The notes beneath the pieces are model-generated. The model saw only the letters and a list, made by a program, of their open reading frames with translations, did not search any database and was not told where the DNA came from. The position numbers and the translations under genes were made by a program. From Candidatus Latescibacterota bacterium (GTDB lineage: Bacteria > Latescibacterota > UBA2968 > UBA8231), in NCBI GenBank assembly GCA_965203355.1, contig OZ241889.1, forward strand, positions 3,872,001 to 3,936,000: a stretch of 64,000 bases of DNA, written 5' to 3'. Numbering within the stretch: position 1 is the stretch's first letter; each line of letters starts with the position of its first letter. Below are positions 1 to 10,196 of the stretch, piece by piece.

Positions 1-2
1 CC

Positions 3-2696
3 CTGATCACCGTCCAGCCCGGCGACCTCGAAGTCATCAAGGGCGACGACGCCACCCTGCAAGTGCATTTTGCCGGCGACAAGCCGCGTCGCGCCCACCT
101 CGTGCGCCGCCCGAGCCCAGCAGCACCCTACCAGACCGAAGAACTCGTAGTCGATCGCGCCGACTCGGTCACCTACACCTTTCCCCAAGTCCAGCAGTCC
201 TTCCGCTACGCCATCGCAGTCGGCGACGACCGCTCGCCCGAATACGAGGTGCGCGTCATCAACCCGCCAGCCGTCAAGCGCTTGCGCCTGCACTATCAGT
301 ATCCAGCGTACAGCGAGCTATCCGACCGCATCGAAGAGGAAGGCGGCGACATCGAGGGCCTGCCCGGCACCCGCGTCGCCCTCGAAATCGCGGCCAACAA
401 ACCGCTGTCCAAGGCCACCTTGGTCCTCGACGACACCTTGTCAATTGCCGCTCAACTCGATGGCGCGACAGCGCGCGTCGCCTTCCAAATTGAGCGCCCG
501 GGGGCGTACCACATCGCCCTCGTCGATCGCAAGGGCGCGACAAACCGCGACCCCATCCGCTACGCCATCCAAGTGCGCGAAGACCAAAAACCAGTAGTCG
601 CCCTCGTCGATCCCGGCCGCGATAGCGACCTGCCCGAATCCCTCAAGGTACTGCTCAAGGCCGAGGCCAGCGACGACTTTTCCGTCGAGGAAATCGCCTT
701 GGTCTATCGAGTCAACAGCGGCTCCGAGCAGCGCCTATCTTTGCCCATCAGCCCCCAGCGCGAGGTACTCATCCAGCACATCTGGGATCTCTCAGCCGCC
801 AACCTCTTGCCCGAAGACCGCATCTACTACCACTTAGAAGCCCTCGACAACAATCAAGTGGCCGGTCCGCAACAGGGTCAGAGCCGCCAGTACGTGCTGC
901 GCTTCCCCTCTCTGTACGAACTCTACTCAGAGGCCGACCAAGCCCAAGGCGAACAACTATCCTCCTTGGAGGAACTCGCAGCCAAAGGCCAGGCTCATCA
1001 GGAGTACATCGAGCGGGTGCGCCGCGAATTGCTCAAAAGCGAGGAACTGAGTTGGGAGCAAAAAAAGGAACTCGAAGCAACGCTCAAAGCCGAGGCCGAG
1101 CGCACCCGCGCCGTAGAAGAACTCGCGGCAGAACTGGAGAAAACCGTCCATGCCATGCAGGACGAGGGCACGGGCACCGCAGAACTGCTCGACAAGCTCG
1201 ACCACATCCGCGCACTCATGGGCGACATCGCCACCCCGGAAATGCAGCAAGCCCTCGCCGAGCTGCAAAAAGCCGCCAGCAACCCAGACCCTCGAGTCCT
1301 GGCCGAAGCCCTCAAGCGCTTTAACGAAGACCAGCAAGCCTTCCAGCAACGGCTCGACCGCACCATTGCCCTGCTCGAACAGTTGCGCACCGAGCAACAG
1401 TTGCGCGCCATCGTCGAGCAAGCCGCGGAACTAGCCCGTCGCCAGAGCCAGATCAACCGCGAGTTAGCGGACGGCCAGAGCGGCCTGCGCCAGCAACTAC
1501 AGGAAGGCAGTTTGCAGCGCGACACCGAGCGACTCGCCGACCAACTCCAAGACCTAAGCGCATCCACGTCCGAGCAAAATCCCGCGCTCGCGGACCAGCT
1601 AGCGCGCCGCGCCGAGGACCTAGCGCGCAAAGCACTCCCCGAGCGGATGCGTCAGATGGTGCGTCAAATGCGGGCCAAATCCCCCAGTGCGGCTCAGCAG
1701 AGCGGACAGGCGCTGGCCGCCGACCTCAACGCGCTCGCCGAGGACTTGCAGCAGCTCCAAGACGAATATCTCGCCGCCGAAAAAGACCAACTCAGCCGCA
1801 AGCTGCGCCGCGCCATGCGCGACCTCGTCCAACTATCCCAACGCCAAGAGAACCTGTTCGCCGACGCCCGCGCCCAAGACCAATTCGCGCTCATGCAAGG
1901 CACCAGTCAGGTCGTGGAGCACATCGCTGAAGTGGGTCGGCGCACCCTGGCCCTCGCCCCGGAGTTGAGCGCGACCGTTGGCTACGCTCTGCGCGATATG
2001 CGCGACGCCGCCCAGCACCTCGGCCAGCGCGACGTGCAAGGGGCCCACCATTTCCAGCGCAAGGCCATGCGCTATCTCAATGAGACCGTGCTCCTCCTGC
2101 GCGAGAGCCTCGACAACCTCGCCAAGGCGCAGACCCCTTCGGCCTTTGCCGAGGCCATGCAGCAGCTACTCGACCTCTCCGAGCAGCAAGGCCAGCTCAA
2201 CCAAGCCTCCGAGCAAGCCATGGGCCAGATGCCGGGGTCTGCGCTCCAGCGGCAAATAGCGAGCCTCAGCACCCAACAGCAGGGCCTCATGCAGGCCCTC
2301 GACGAGATCGCCCGCTCGCTGCGCGGGCACCGAGGAGCGCGACAGCGCGTGCAAGCCATCCAAGACGAGATGCGGGACGTGCTCGCCGACTTGCAGCGCG
2401 GGCGACTCTCCCAGCGCACGCGGCAAAATCAGGAGCGCATCTATCAGCGTATGCTCGACGCCAGCCGCTCCATCCACAGCCGCGGTTTTGACGAAAAGCG
2501 GCGCAGCATCACAGCCACCGACCAGCCCTACGCCGGCCCAACTACCCTGCTCACCGATCGCGGCCAGACACCCGACCTGTGGCGCGAGGCCCTGCGCCAA
2601 GCGCTCACCGGCCCCTATCCCGAGGAGTACCGCGCCTTGCTCCGGCACTACTACGACCAAATCTACCAAGACCTGCAAGCACGCGAAGCCCCATGA
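3..2696 (+). CDS. Large DUF4175-like protein (Ig-like repeats plus long coiled coil), 5'-truncated by the window edge
   Basis: Frame is open from position 3 (LITVQPGDLEVIKGDD...). Beta-rich N-terminal part with an A.DDF.V motif, then a long Q/E/L-rich coiled coil ending YPEEYRALLRHYY. Typical neighbour of MoxR/DUF58 clusters. Confidence 0.7.
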   Translation: MITVQPGDLEVIKGDDATLQVHFAGDKPRRAHLVRRPSPAAPYQTEELVVDRADSVTYTFPQVQQSFRYAIAVGDDRSPEYEVRVINPPAVKRLRLHYQYPAYSELSDRIEEEGGDIEGLPGTRVALEIAANKPLSKATLVLDDTLSIAAQLDGATARVAFQIERPGAYHIALVDRKGATNRDPIRYAIQVREDQKPVVALVDPGRDSDLPESLKVLLKAEASDDFSVEEIALVYRVNSGSEQRLSLPISPQREVLIQHIWDLSAANLLPEDRIYYHLEALDNNQVAGPQQGQSRQYVLRFPSLYELYSEADQAQGEQLSSLEELAAKGQAHQEYIERVRRELLKSEELSWEQKKELEATLKAEAERTRAVEELAAELEKTVHAMQDEGTGTAELLDKLDHIRALMGDIATPEMQQALAELQKAASNPDPRVLAEALKRFNEDQQAFQQRLDRTIALLEQLRTEQQLRAIVEQAAELARRQSQINRELADGQSGLRQQLQEGSLQRDTERLADQLQDLSASTSEQNPALADQLARRAEDLARKALPERMRQMVRQMRAKSPSAAQQSGQALAADLNALAEDLQQLQDEYLAAEKDQLSRKLRRAMRDLVQLSQRQENLFADARAQDQFALMQGTSQVVEHIAEVGRRTLALAPELSATVGYALRDMRDAAQHLGQRDVQGAHHFQRKAMRYLNETVLLLRESLDNLAKAQTPSAFAEAMQQLLDLSEQQGQLNQASEQAMGQMPGSALQRQIASLSTQQQGLMQALDEIARSLRGHRGARQRVQAIQDEMRDVLADLQRGRLSQRTRQNQERIYQRMLDASRSIHSRGFDEKRRSITATDQPYAGPTTLLTDRGQTPDLWREALRQALTGPYPEEYRALLRHYYDQIYQDLQAREAP

Positions 2697-3511
2697 AAAT
2701 ACCCGCCCTCATCGGCGCCCTCAGTCTGTGGAGTGCCGCCGCCGCCGCTGATCTGCAAACGCAAGTCGCACAAGCGCGTCTCTTGCTAGCGGACGACGCC
2801 CAAGGTGCTTGCCGCGCCCTGCAAGCAGTAGTCGAAGCGCCGCAGCGCGGGCCGTGGACCGAGCCGGCCCTAACGCTATTTGCCGAGTGCAGCCTGCGTC
2901 TCGGCGCGTTAGACCGGGCCGACCGCTTGTGGGCCGATTTGGCCAAGCGCGGCGGCCCGGCCGCGTACGCCGCGCGCTACCACCGCGCCGAACTGCTCTA
3001 TTTCCGCGGCGACTTTGCGGCGGCCACCGCCGCCTTGGCCGCGCTGGCCGCCGCCGATCCAAGCCATGCTTTCGCCAACGATGCCCTCGCCCTACTCGCG
3101 GTCTGCGAGGAGTACGAAGCGTCCGATGGGCTCGCCGATCTCAGCCGCGCTCAGTTGCTAGAGCGCCAAGGACAGAGCACTGCGGCCGTCGCGCACTGGG
3201 CTGCACTCGAAGATGGGGCTGAGCCAGGGCTCGCCGAGTGGAGCTTGCTCAGCCGCGCCGAGCTACGCGCACGACAAGATCGTCTCGACGAGGCCATGGC
3301 CCTGTACCAGCGGCAAATCGCGCGCTTCCCCCAAGGCGAGCACATCGTCGCCGCCCATCTCGGCCTAGCCGCGCTCTACGAGCACCAAGGCGCGATTGAA
3401 CAAGCTCTCAAAACCTACGAGACCGCGCTCCTCCAGCACCCGCAAGACGCCCGCGCCCCCCAAGTGCGCCTGCACATCGAGCGGCTCCGTCACCTACGCG
3501 AAAGCGGCTGA
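2693..3511 (+). CDS. Exported tetratricopeptide-repeat protein
   Basis: ATG at 2693 overlaps the upstream stop (ATGA). Signal-peptide-like MKIPALIGALSLWSAAAAA, followed by TPR-like helices (ELLYFRGDFAAA, YQRQIARFPQG). Confidence 0.75.
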   Translation: MKIPALIGALSLWSAAAAADLQTQVAQARLLLADDAQGACRALQAVVEAPQRGPWTEPALTLFAECSLRLGALDRADRLWADLAKRGGPAAYAARYHRAELLYFRGDFAAATAALAALAAADPSHAFANDALALLAVCEEYEASDGLADLSRAQLLERQGQSTAAVAHWAALEDGAEPGLAEWSLLSRAELRARQDRLDEAMALYQRQIARFPQGEHIVAAHLGLAALYEHQGAIEQALKTYETALLQHPQDARAPQVRLHIERLRHLRESG

Positions 3512-3515
3512 TCCC

Positions 3516-4775
3516 ATGCCCATCCTCTTTGCCCTAGCCCTGGGTATTCTCGCCCTGCTCCCGGCCCGCGCCGAGCAGATCCTCGTGCCCATGGACACCT
3601 CCCAGCGCGACCATCTCCGAGCCTACGGCCTCGCTTTCTGGACCTTGGAGCGCGGCATTCCGGTCGAGTGGCTGCTCAACTACCGCGGCGGCTCATTCCT
3701 CGTCGCAGCACACGCCCTCATCGCCAGCGAAGCCACCCTGCGCGGCATCAGCACCGAGCGCATCTCCGCGGGCCAAGCCGCCCAGCTCTACGCGGAGATC
3801 GACGCCTCCAACATGGAAGTCGTGCGGTTGGAAAAGGTGCCGAAGATCGCCGTGTACACACCTCCCAACAAACAGCCCTGGGACGACGCCGTGACCCTCG
3901 CGCTGGAATACGCCCAAATTGACTACGAAAAAATCTGGGACGACGAAGTGCTCCAAGGCGCACTCGCCGACTACGATTGGCTACACTTGCACCACGAGGA
4001 TTTCACCGGCCAGTACGGCAAGTTCTATGGCTCCTACAGCAATCAGGCTTGGTACCGCGAGCAGCAAGCCTCGTACGAGCAGATGGCACGCCGCCTCGGC
4101 TACGCCAAGGTCTCCGAACAAAAGAAGGCCGTAGTCGTCAAAATCTACGAGTACATGGCCGCGGGCGGCTTCCTCTTCGCCATGTGCTCGGCCACCGACA
4201 CCTTTGACATCGCCCTCGCCGCGCTCAACGTGGATATTTGCCATGCCGTCTTCGACGGCGACCCCGCCGACCCCGACGCCCAAGCCAAACTCGACTTCAG
4301 CCGCACCGTGGCCTTTGAAAACTTCGTCCTCAAAACCAATCCGCTCGTGTACGAATTCTCAACCATCGACACCACGCCAGACGACATGCGCCGGGTCCGC
4401 ACGGCCGAGGCCGAGTATTTCACGCTGTTTGAGTTTTCTGCCAAATACGACCCGGTGCCGACGATGCTCACTCAGTGCCACACCAACATCGTCGATGGCT
4501 TCCTCGGCCAGACCACGGCCTTCCGCCAGGCACTGATCAAGGACTCGGTCATCCTCCTCGGCCAAGAAGAAGGCACCGACAGCGTCAAGTACATCCACGG
4601 CCGCGTCGGCAAGGGCACCTTCACCTTCTACGCCGGCCACGACCCAGAAGACCACAAGCACCACGTCCACGACCCGCCGACCAACCTCGCCCTGCATCCC
4701 AACTCGCCTGGTTATCGGCTCATTCTGAACAACGTGCTCTTCCCAGCGGCCAAGAAAAAGGAGCGCAAGACCTGA
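3516..4775 (+). CDS. Conserved exported protein of the family often mis-annotated 'asparagine synthetase B' (class I glutamine-amidotransferase-like)
   Basis: ATG at 3516 with signal peptide. Motifs WLLNYRGGSF, QPWDDAVT, DWLHLHHEDFTGQYGKFY, FAMCSATD, HPNSPGYRLILNNVLFPAAKKK. Confidence 0.75.
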   Translation: MPILFALALGILALLPARAEQILVPMDTSQRDHLRAYGLAFWTLERGIPVEWLLNYRGGSFLVAAHALIASEATLRGISTERISAGQAAQLYAEIDASNMEVVRLEKVPKIAVYTPPNKQPWDDAVTLALEYAQIDYEKIWDDEVLQGALADYDWLHLHHEDFTGQYGKFYGSYSNQAWYREQQASYEQMARRLGYAKVSEQKKAVVVKIYEYMAAGGFLFAMCSATDTFDIALAALNVDICHAVFDGDPADPDAQAKLDFSRTVAFENFVLKTNPLVYEFSTIDTTPDDMRRVRTAEAEYFTLFEFSAKYDPVPTMLTQCHTNIVDGFLGQTTAFRQALIKDSVILLGQEEGTDSVKYIHGRVGKGTFTFYAGHDPEDHKHHVHDPPTNLALHPNSPGYRLILNNVLFPAAKKKERKT

Positions 4776-4831
4776 GATGGTCGAAGCGCTGTTATTCACC
4801 TTCAGCAACCCATCCTCCTGAAAGGAAGTAC

Positions 4832-5821
4832 ATGTCAGACACCGAGGCTGTCGAACAACTCGGCCCAATCAGGGACCGCATCTACGGCGAGATCGGCCAA
4901 GTCGTTATCGGCCAGAAGCAGGTCGTCGAGGAACTGCTCATCGCCTTGCTCGCTGGCGGCCACTGCCTGCTGGTAGGCGTGCCTGGCTTGGCCAAAACCA
5001 CGCTCATTCAAACCCTCGCCCGCACCCTGGATCTTTCCTTTGGCCGCATCCAGTTCACCCCGGACCTGATGCCCTCGGACATCACCGGCACTGAAGTACT
5101 CGAAGAGGACATCGACACGGGCCGCAAAGCCTTTCGCTTCATCCGCGGCCCCCTATTTGCCAACGTCATCCTCGCCGACGAAATCAACCGCACACCGCCC
5201 AAGACTCAAGCAGCCCTGCTCCAAGCCATGCAGGAACACGCGGTCACGGCGGCTGGCGAGACGATGCGGCTCAGCGAGCCATTCTTCGTCCTGGCCACCC
5301 AAAACCCCATCGAGCAGGAAGGAACCTACCCCCTCCCCGAAGCCCAGCTCGACCGCTTTATCTTCGAGCTGTGGATCGACTATCCGAGCGACCGCGAGGA
5401 AGAAGACATCGTCCGCGCCACCACCAGCGTCGCCCAAGCCACCATCAGCCAAGTCGTCAATGCCGAGCAGATCATTGAGCTGCAACAGCTCGTGCGGCGA
5501 GTACCTGTGGCCGATCACTGCGTCCGCTACGCCGTCTCGCTGGTGCGCTCCTCCCGGCCCGGGGATGCCCAAGCACCGGATTACATCCGCGAAATGGTCC
5601 GTTGGGGCGCTGGGCCGCGTGCCTCCCAGTACTTGGTCTTGGCGGCCAAAGCGCGGGCCATTCTCGCCGGCCGGCACTCAGTCGCCATTGAGGACATCCG
5701 CGCCGTAGCCCGGCCCGTGATGCGTCACCGCCTGGTCGTCAACTTCCACGCCGAAGCGCAAAACATCAGCGCGGTCGGCCTGATCCAACGCCTACTCGCC
5801 GACGTGGAGCCCGCATCCTGA
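4832..5821 (+). CDS. moxR: MoxR-family AAA+ ATPase
   Basis: SD AAGGA before the ATG at 4832. Motifs GVPGLAKT, RIQFTPDLMPSDITG, LADEINRTPPKTQAALL, ATQNPIEQEGTYPLPEAQLDRF. Confidence 0.93.
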   Translation: MSDTEAVEQLGPIRDRIYGEIGQVVIGQKQVVEELLIALLAGGHCLLVGVPGLAKTTLIQTLARTLDLSFGRIQFTPDLMPSDITGTEVLEEDIDTGRKAFRFIRGPLFANVILADEINRTPPKTQAALLQAMQEHAVTAAGETMRLSEPFFVLATQNPIEQEGTYPLPEAQLDRFIFELWIDYPSDREEEDIVRATTSVAQATISQVVNAEQIIELQQLVRRVPVADHCVRYAVSLVRSSRPGDAQAPDYIREMVRWGAGPRASQYLVLAAKARAILAGRHSVAIEDIRAVARPVMRHRLVVNFHAEAQNISAVGLIQRLLADVEPAS

Positions 5822-5822
5822 C

Positions 5823-6722
5823 GTGAGCGAAACCGCCTCCTACCTCCAGCCAGAAACCATTTCGCGCCTCGCGCGCCTCGACCTGATTGCGCGCCTCGTG
5901 GTCGAAGGCTTTATCACGGGCTTGCACCGCAGCCCGTACCACGGCTTCTCGGTCGAATTTTCCGAGCACCGTCCCTATATGCCGGGCGATCCCCTGCGCG
6001 ACCTCGATTGGAAGGCCTACGCCAAATCCGACCGCCTGTACGTCAAACAGTACGAAGAAGAAACCAATCTCAAAGCCTATCTGCTGCTCGACGTGTCCGG
6101 CTCCATGGACTTTGCGGCCGGCGCACCGCTGAGCAAGTTTCGCTACGCCGCCTCTTTGGCGGCCGCGCTAGCTTACCTCGCGCTCAAGCAGCGCGACGCA
6201 GTCGGCCTGCTGCTCTATCACCACCAGACCGAGGCGTACGTGCCGCCGCGCTCGGTGCAAAGCCACCTCCAAGTGCTCCTCAAGACCATCGACCAAGCGA
6301 GGCCGCACCACGAGACGAGCATGGCCCCGGCCTTCCACGATCTCGCCGAGCGCATCCGCCGCCGCGGCCTCGTCATCGTGCTCTCCGACCTACTCGACGC
6401 GCCCGACCAAGTACTCGAAGGGCTGCGCCACTTCCGCCACTTGCGGCACGAAGTGATCGTCTTCCACCTGCTCGACCCCCGCGAGCGCGATCTCGCTTTC
6501 CGCGACCAGACCCGCTTTTACGACCTCGAGGACCCAGACCAAACCCTCACCACCCAACCTTGGCACATCCAGCACGAATACCGCGCGCTGATGGACGAGC
6601 TGATCCAAACCTATCGGCTCGGGTGCGCCGAGGCCGGCATCGACTACGCCCTGCTCGACACGGCGACCCGGTTTGACGTGGCCCTATCGCGCTACTTAGC
6701 ACAGCGCAAAAAAATGGGCTAA
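5823..6722 (+). CDS. DUF58 (vWA-like) MoxR-associated protein
   Basis: G.HRSPYHGFSVEFSEHRPYMPGD, DWKAYAKSDRLYVKQYEEETN and DVSGSM motifs; directly follows moxR. Confidence 0.92.
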   Translation: MSETASYLQPETISRLARLDLIARLVVEGFITGLHRSPYHGFSVEFSEHRPYMPGDPLRDLDWKAYAKSDRLYVKQYEEETNLKAYLLLDVSGSMDFAAGAPLSKFRYAASLAAALAYLALKQRDAVGLLLYHHQTEAYVPPRSVQSHLQVLLKTIDQARPHHETSMAPAFHDLAERIRRRGLVIVLSDLLDAPDQVLEGLRHFRHLRHEVIVFHLLDPRERDLAFRDQTRFYDLEDPDQTLTTQPWHIQHEYRALMDELIQTYRLGCAEAGIDYALLDTATRFDVALSRYLAQRKKMG

Positions 6723-6738
6723 TCGCCGCCCGTCCCGA

Positions 6739-6797
6739 AACTTGACTTTTTTGTACAGATTCCTAAGTTCTTGAAGTTATACTTATATACAAGGAGC
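6739..6797 (+). promoter_or_regulatory. AT-rich promoter region and SD of the suf operon
   Basis: TTGACT -35-like hexamer in an AT-rich tract, with AAGGAG just before the sufB ATG. The -10 element is not unambiguous. Confidence 0.45.
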
Positions 6798-6801
6798 CAA
6801 C

Positions 6802-8265
6802 ATGAGCGAAAGCACTCAAACCCTAGAGCAATTTGCCCAGCGCGATTACGAGTGGGGATTCGTCACCGACGTGGAAGCCGACGAGGCCCCGCCCGGCCTC
6901 AACGAGGAGATCATCCGCTTCATCTCCGCCAAAAAGAACGAGCCTGAGTTCATGCTCGAATGGCGGCTCAAAGCCTATCGCCGCTGGCTCACCATGGAGG
7001 ATCCAACGCGCCGCAAACAGAGCCAGCGCTGGGCCATGGTCCACTACCCCGACATCAACTACCAAGACATCGTGTACTACTCGGCCCCCAAGAAGAAACA
7101 GCTCGACAGCCTCGACGAGGTCGATCCCGAAATTCTGGCCACGTACCAAAAGCTGGGCATCCCGCTCGAAGAGCAGAAAATGCTCGCTGGTGTGGCCGTA
7201 GATGCCGTCTTCGACAGCGTCTCGGTGGCCACCACATTCAAGGATAAGCTGGCCGCCTTGGGCATCGTCTTCTGCTCCATGTCCGAAGCCATCCACAATC
7301 ACCCTGAGCTCGTGCAAAAGTACCTCGGCTCGGTCGTGCCCTACACCGACAATTTCTTCGCCACCCTCAACTCCGCGGTTTTTACCGACGGCTCTTTCGT
7401 GTACGTGCCGCCGGGCGTGCGTTGCCCCATGGAGCTATCGACGTATTTCCGCATCAACGCGGCGAACACCGGCCAATTCGAGCGCACCTTGGTCATCGCC
7501 GACGAGGGGGCGTATGTCAGCTATCTCGAAGGCTGCACAGCGCCCATGCGCGACGAAAACCAGCTCCACGCGGCCGTCGTCGAACTCGTGGCCCTCGGCG
7601 ACGCCCAGATCAAGTACTCCACTGTGCAGAACTGGTATCCCGGCGACGACGAGGGCAAAGGCGGAATCTACAACTTCGTCACCAAGCGCGGCGCGTGTCG
7701 CGGCGACCGCTCCAAGATCTCGTGGACCCAAGTCGAGACCGGCTCGGCCATCACCTGGAAGTACCCTAGCTGCATCCTCCAGGGCGATCACTCGGTCGGC
7801 GAATTTTACTCGGTGGCCGTCACCGCCAAGCGGCAGCAGGCCGACACCGGCACCAAGATGCATCACATCGGCAAAAACACCCGCAGCACCATTGTCTCCA
7901 AAGGCATTTCGGCCCAGCGCGGCCAAAACACCTATCGCGGCAAGGTGCAGGTGCTCAAAAACGCGACCGGCGCGCGCAATTTCACTCAGTGCGATTCCAT
8001 GCTCATCGGCGACCAATGCGGCGCGCATACCTTTCCCTACATCGAGGTCCGCAATCCCACCGCCCACGTCGAGCACGAGGCATCCACCTCCAAAATCGGC
8101 GAGGACCAGATTTTCTACTGCAACCAGCGCGGGCTTTCCACGGAAGACGCCATCTCCATGATCGTCAACGGCTTCTGCAAGGAAGTCCTCGCCGAGCTGC
8201 CGATGGAGTTCGCCGTCGAAGCGCAAAAGCTGCTCGGCATCAGCCTAGAGGGCAGCGTCGGGTAG
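6802..8265 (+). CDS. sufB: Fe-S cluster assembly protein SufB
   Basis: [68 protein letters not shown]. Confidence 0.98.
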   Translation: MSESTQTLEQFAQRDYEWGFVTDVEADEAPPGLNEEIIRFISAKKNEPEFMLEWRLKAYRRWLTMEDPTRRKQSQRWAMVHYPDINYQDIVYYSAPKKKQLDSLDEVDPEILATYQKLGIPLEEQKMLAGVAVDAVFDSVSVATTFKDKLAALGIVFCSMSEAIHNHPELVQKYLGSVVPYTDNFFATLNSAVFTDGSFVYVPPGVRCPMELSTYFRINAANTGQFERTLVIADEGAYVSYLEGCTAPMRDENQLHAAVVELVALGDAQIKYSTVQNWYPGDDEGKGGIYNFVTKRGACRGDRSKISWTQVETGSAITWKYPSCILQGDHSVGEFYSVAVTAKRQQADTGTKMHHIGKNTRSTIVSKGISAQRGQNTYRGKVQVLKNATGARNFTQCDSMLIGDQCGAHTFPYIEVRNPTAHVEHEASTSKIGEDQIFYCNQRGLSTEDAISMIVNGFCKEVLAELPMEFAVEAQKLLGISLEGSVG

Positions 8266-8324
8266 ATGAGTCAGACTTAATTCGTTGTGGATCGCCCTTG
8301 ACCAACGCCATAAGAGGTTGAACC

Positions 8325-9326
8325 ATGTCCAGCACCATCCCATACCAAGAGCACACCACCGAACCGGTCGATCTAGCGGAAGAAGAGGTGCCCACCATTG
8401 TGTTGCCCAATGGCGATCGGTTGGAGTTCCCCGGCTGCCGCGCCTACAAAATGTCCCGGTCCGAATTAGAAGAGTACGAGGGCCGCTATGAGTATTGGTA
8501 TGGTCCAACCGAAACCCTCATCGTCGTGGCCGACGAGCCCAGAGTCAGCGGGGACCACGAACTGCCCGCGCCCTATCTGATGCAACTAGTGCAACAAATT
8601 GCCGACGAGTGCGGGGCGCACTTTGTCCCCTTTGGCACGGTCAGCATCTGGAGTGCAAATGTCGAAGGCGTCCCTCGGGTCGCCATGCGTCCAGATCAGT
8701 GTCTTTACTTGCGTCCCCAGTCGGCGCGATTGCCCGACAAGAACGGGTTGAAGTTGGGCTTTCACACCTTGCCCGATGTGGTGTTGGAAGTCGATCACAC
8801 GACCGACATTCGGCGAGGAAAGCTGCATCAGTATGCGTTGTGGGGCTTTCCCGAAGTGTGGGTCGAAGTCCCCGAGGCGTACACGCCTAGCCGACGGGCC
8901 GGCAAGCCTCGATTGACGATCTATGTATTGGAAGGCAGTCAATACCGCGAAGCAGAAGCGAGCCGGGCGTTGGCGGGTTGGACGGCTAAAGAAATACACC
9001 GGGCACTCAACGAGCGGTTGAGGTGTTCGCCTGAGACGATAGCGGCACTGTTGCGGGTGGCGCGGGCACTAACGGCGCGTTTAGGCACGGCTGGTCCTGA
9101 AGGTACGCTGCGCTTGCGAATGCACCGTGAAGAAGGGCGTGAAGAAGGCAAACGAGATTTGTTGTGTCAGCAAGCGGCGTTGCGTTTCGGCGAGGATGTG
9201 GCCAAGGATCTGGCGGTGTTGCTCGCAGCCGTGTCGGGTGAAAACCTGACGCACGTGGGCGGCTGGATCGTAACGTCCCACAACGGAGATGAACTGCTCG
9301 GCCGAGTGCGCGAGAATGGGGCCTAG
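8325..9326 (+). CDS. Uma2 (DUF820)-like PD-(D/E)xK endonuclease-fold protein with an Rpn/DUF4351-like C-terminal tail
   Basis: PDQCLYL...LPDVVLEVDHTTD...KLHQYALWGFPEVWV is the Uma2 pattern; the tail reads REEGREEG...RFG. Codon style differs from the flanking suf genes. Confidence 0.75.
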   Translation: MSSTIPYQEHTTEPVDLAEEEVPTIVLPNGDRLEFPGCRAYKMSRSELEEYEGRYEYWYGPTETLIVVADEPRVSGDHELPAPYLMQLVQQIADECGAHFVPFGTVSIWSANVEGVPRVAMRPDQCLYLRPQSARLPDKNGLKLGFHTLPDVVLEVDHTTDIRRGKLHQYALWGFPEVWVEVPEAYTPSRRAGKPRLTIYVLEGSQYREAEASRALAGWTAKEIHRALNERLRCSPETIAALLRVARALTARLGTAGPEGTLRLRMHREEGREEGKRDLLCQQAALRFGEDVAKDLAVLLAAVSGENLTHVGGWIVTSHNGDELLGRVRENGA

Positions 9327-9446
9327 CTTGGCATTGATTTTGAATAAAATGTGGCCACCTACATAAACTTGACAAGTCCATCAACTTAGGCTCAAAGAAG
9401 AGCTACATTTATCCGCCCAACAATCAACTCTAACCGAAAGTGCCCT

Positions 9447-10196
9447 ATGCTCCACATCGAAAACCTCCACGTCGCCGTTGAAGACACCCCCATCCTGCGC
9501 GGTGTCACGCTGGCAGTACAACCCGGCCAAGTCCACGCCATTATGGGCCCCAACGGCTCGGGCAAAAGCACCCTCGCGCAAGTCCTCGCGGGCCGCGAAG
9601 GCTACGACATCACCGCCGGATCGGTCACCTACTGCGGCCAAGACCTGCTCGAACTCGCGCCGGAAGAACGGGCGTGTGCCGGGCTGTTTCTCGCCTTTCA
9701 GTACCCAGTGGAAATTCCCGGCGTCAACTCCACGTATTTCCTCCGCCAGAGCTACAACGAACTGCGCAAGCAACGCGGCGAGGAAGAACTCGACGCCATC
9801 GACTTTCTCGGCCTAATCCGCGAAAAGCTCGCCTTAGTGGAAATGGACGAGAGCTTCCTCAAGCGGTCGGTCAACGAAGGCTTTTCTGGCGGCGAAAAAA
9901 AGCGCCACGAAATTTTGCAAATGGCCGTATTGGAACCCAAGCTGTCGATCCTCGACGAGACCGACTCCGGCCTCGACATTGACGCGCTGCGGATCGTCGC
10001 CCAAGGCGTCAATCAGCTTCACACCCCGGACAAAGCCGTCGTCGTCGTCACCCACTACCAGCGCCTGCTCAACCACATAGTCCCGGACTTCGTCCACGTG
10101 CTCTACGAGGGGCGCATCGTTCAGTCGGGCGGCAAAGAGTTGGCGCTGACGCTTGAGGAAAAGGGGTACGACTGGGTCAAGGAGCAAGCAGCATGA
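9447..10196 (+). CDS. sufC: Fe-S assembly ATPase SufC
   Basis: GPNGSGKST, FLAFQYPVEIPGV, NEGFSGGEKKR, LDETDSGLDIDAL. Confidence 0.98.
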   Translation: MLHIENLHVAVEDTPILRGVTLAVQPGQVHAIMGPNGSGKSTLAQVLAGREGYDITAGSVTYCGQDLLELAPEERACAGLFLAFQYPVEIPGVNSTYFLRQSYNELRKQRGEEELDAIDFLGLIREKLALVEMDESFLKRSVNEGFSGGEKKRHEILQMAVLEPKLSILDETDSGLDIDALRIVAQGVNQLHTPDKAVVVVTHYQRLLNHIVPDFVHVLYEGRIVQSGGKELALTLEEKGYDWVKEQAA

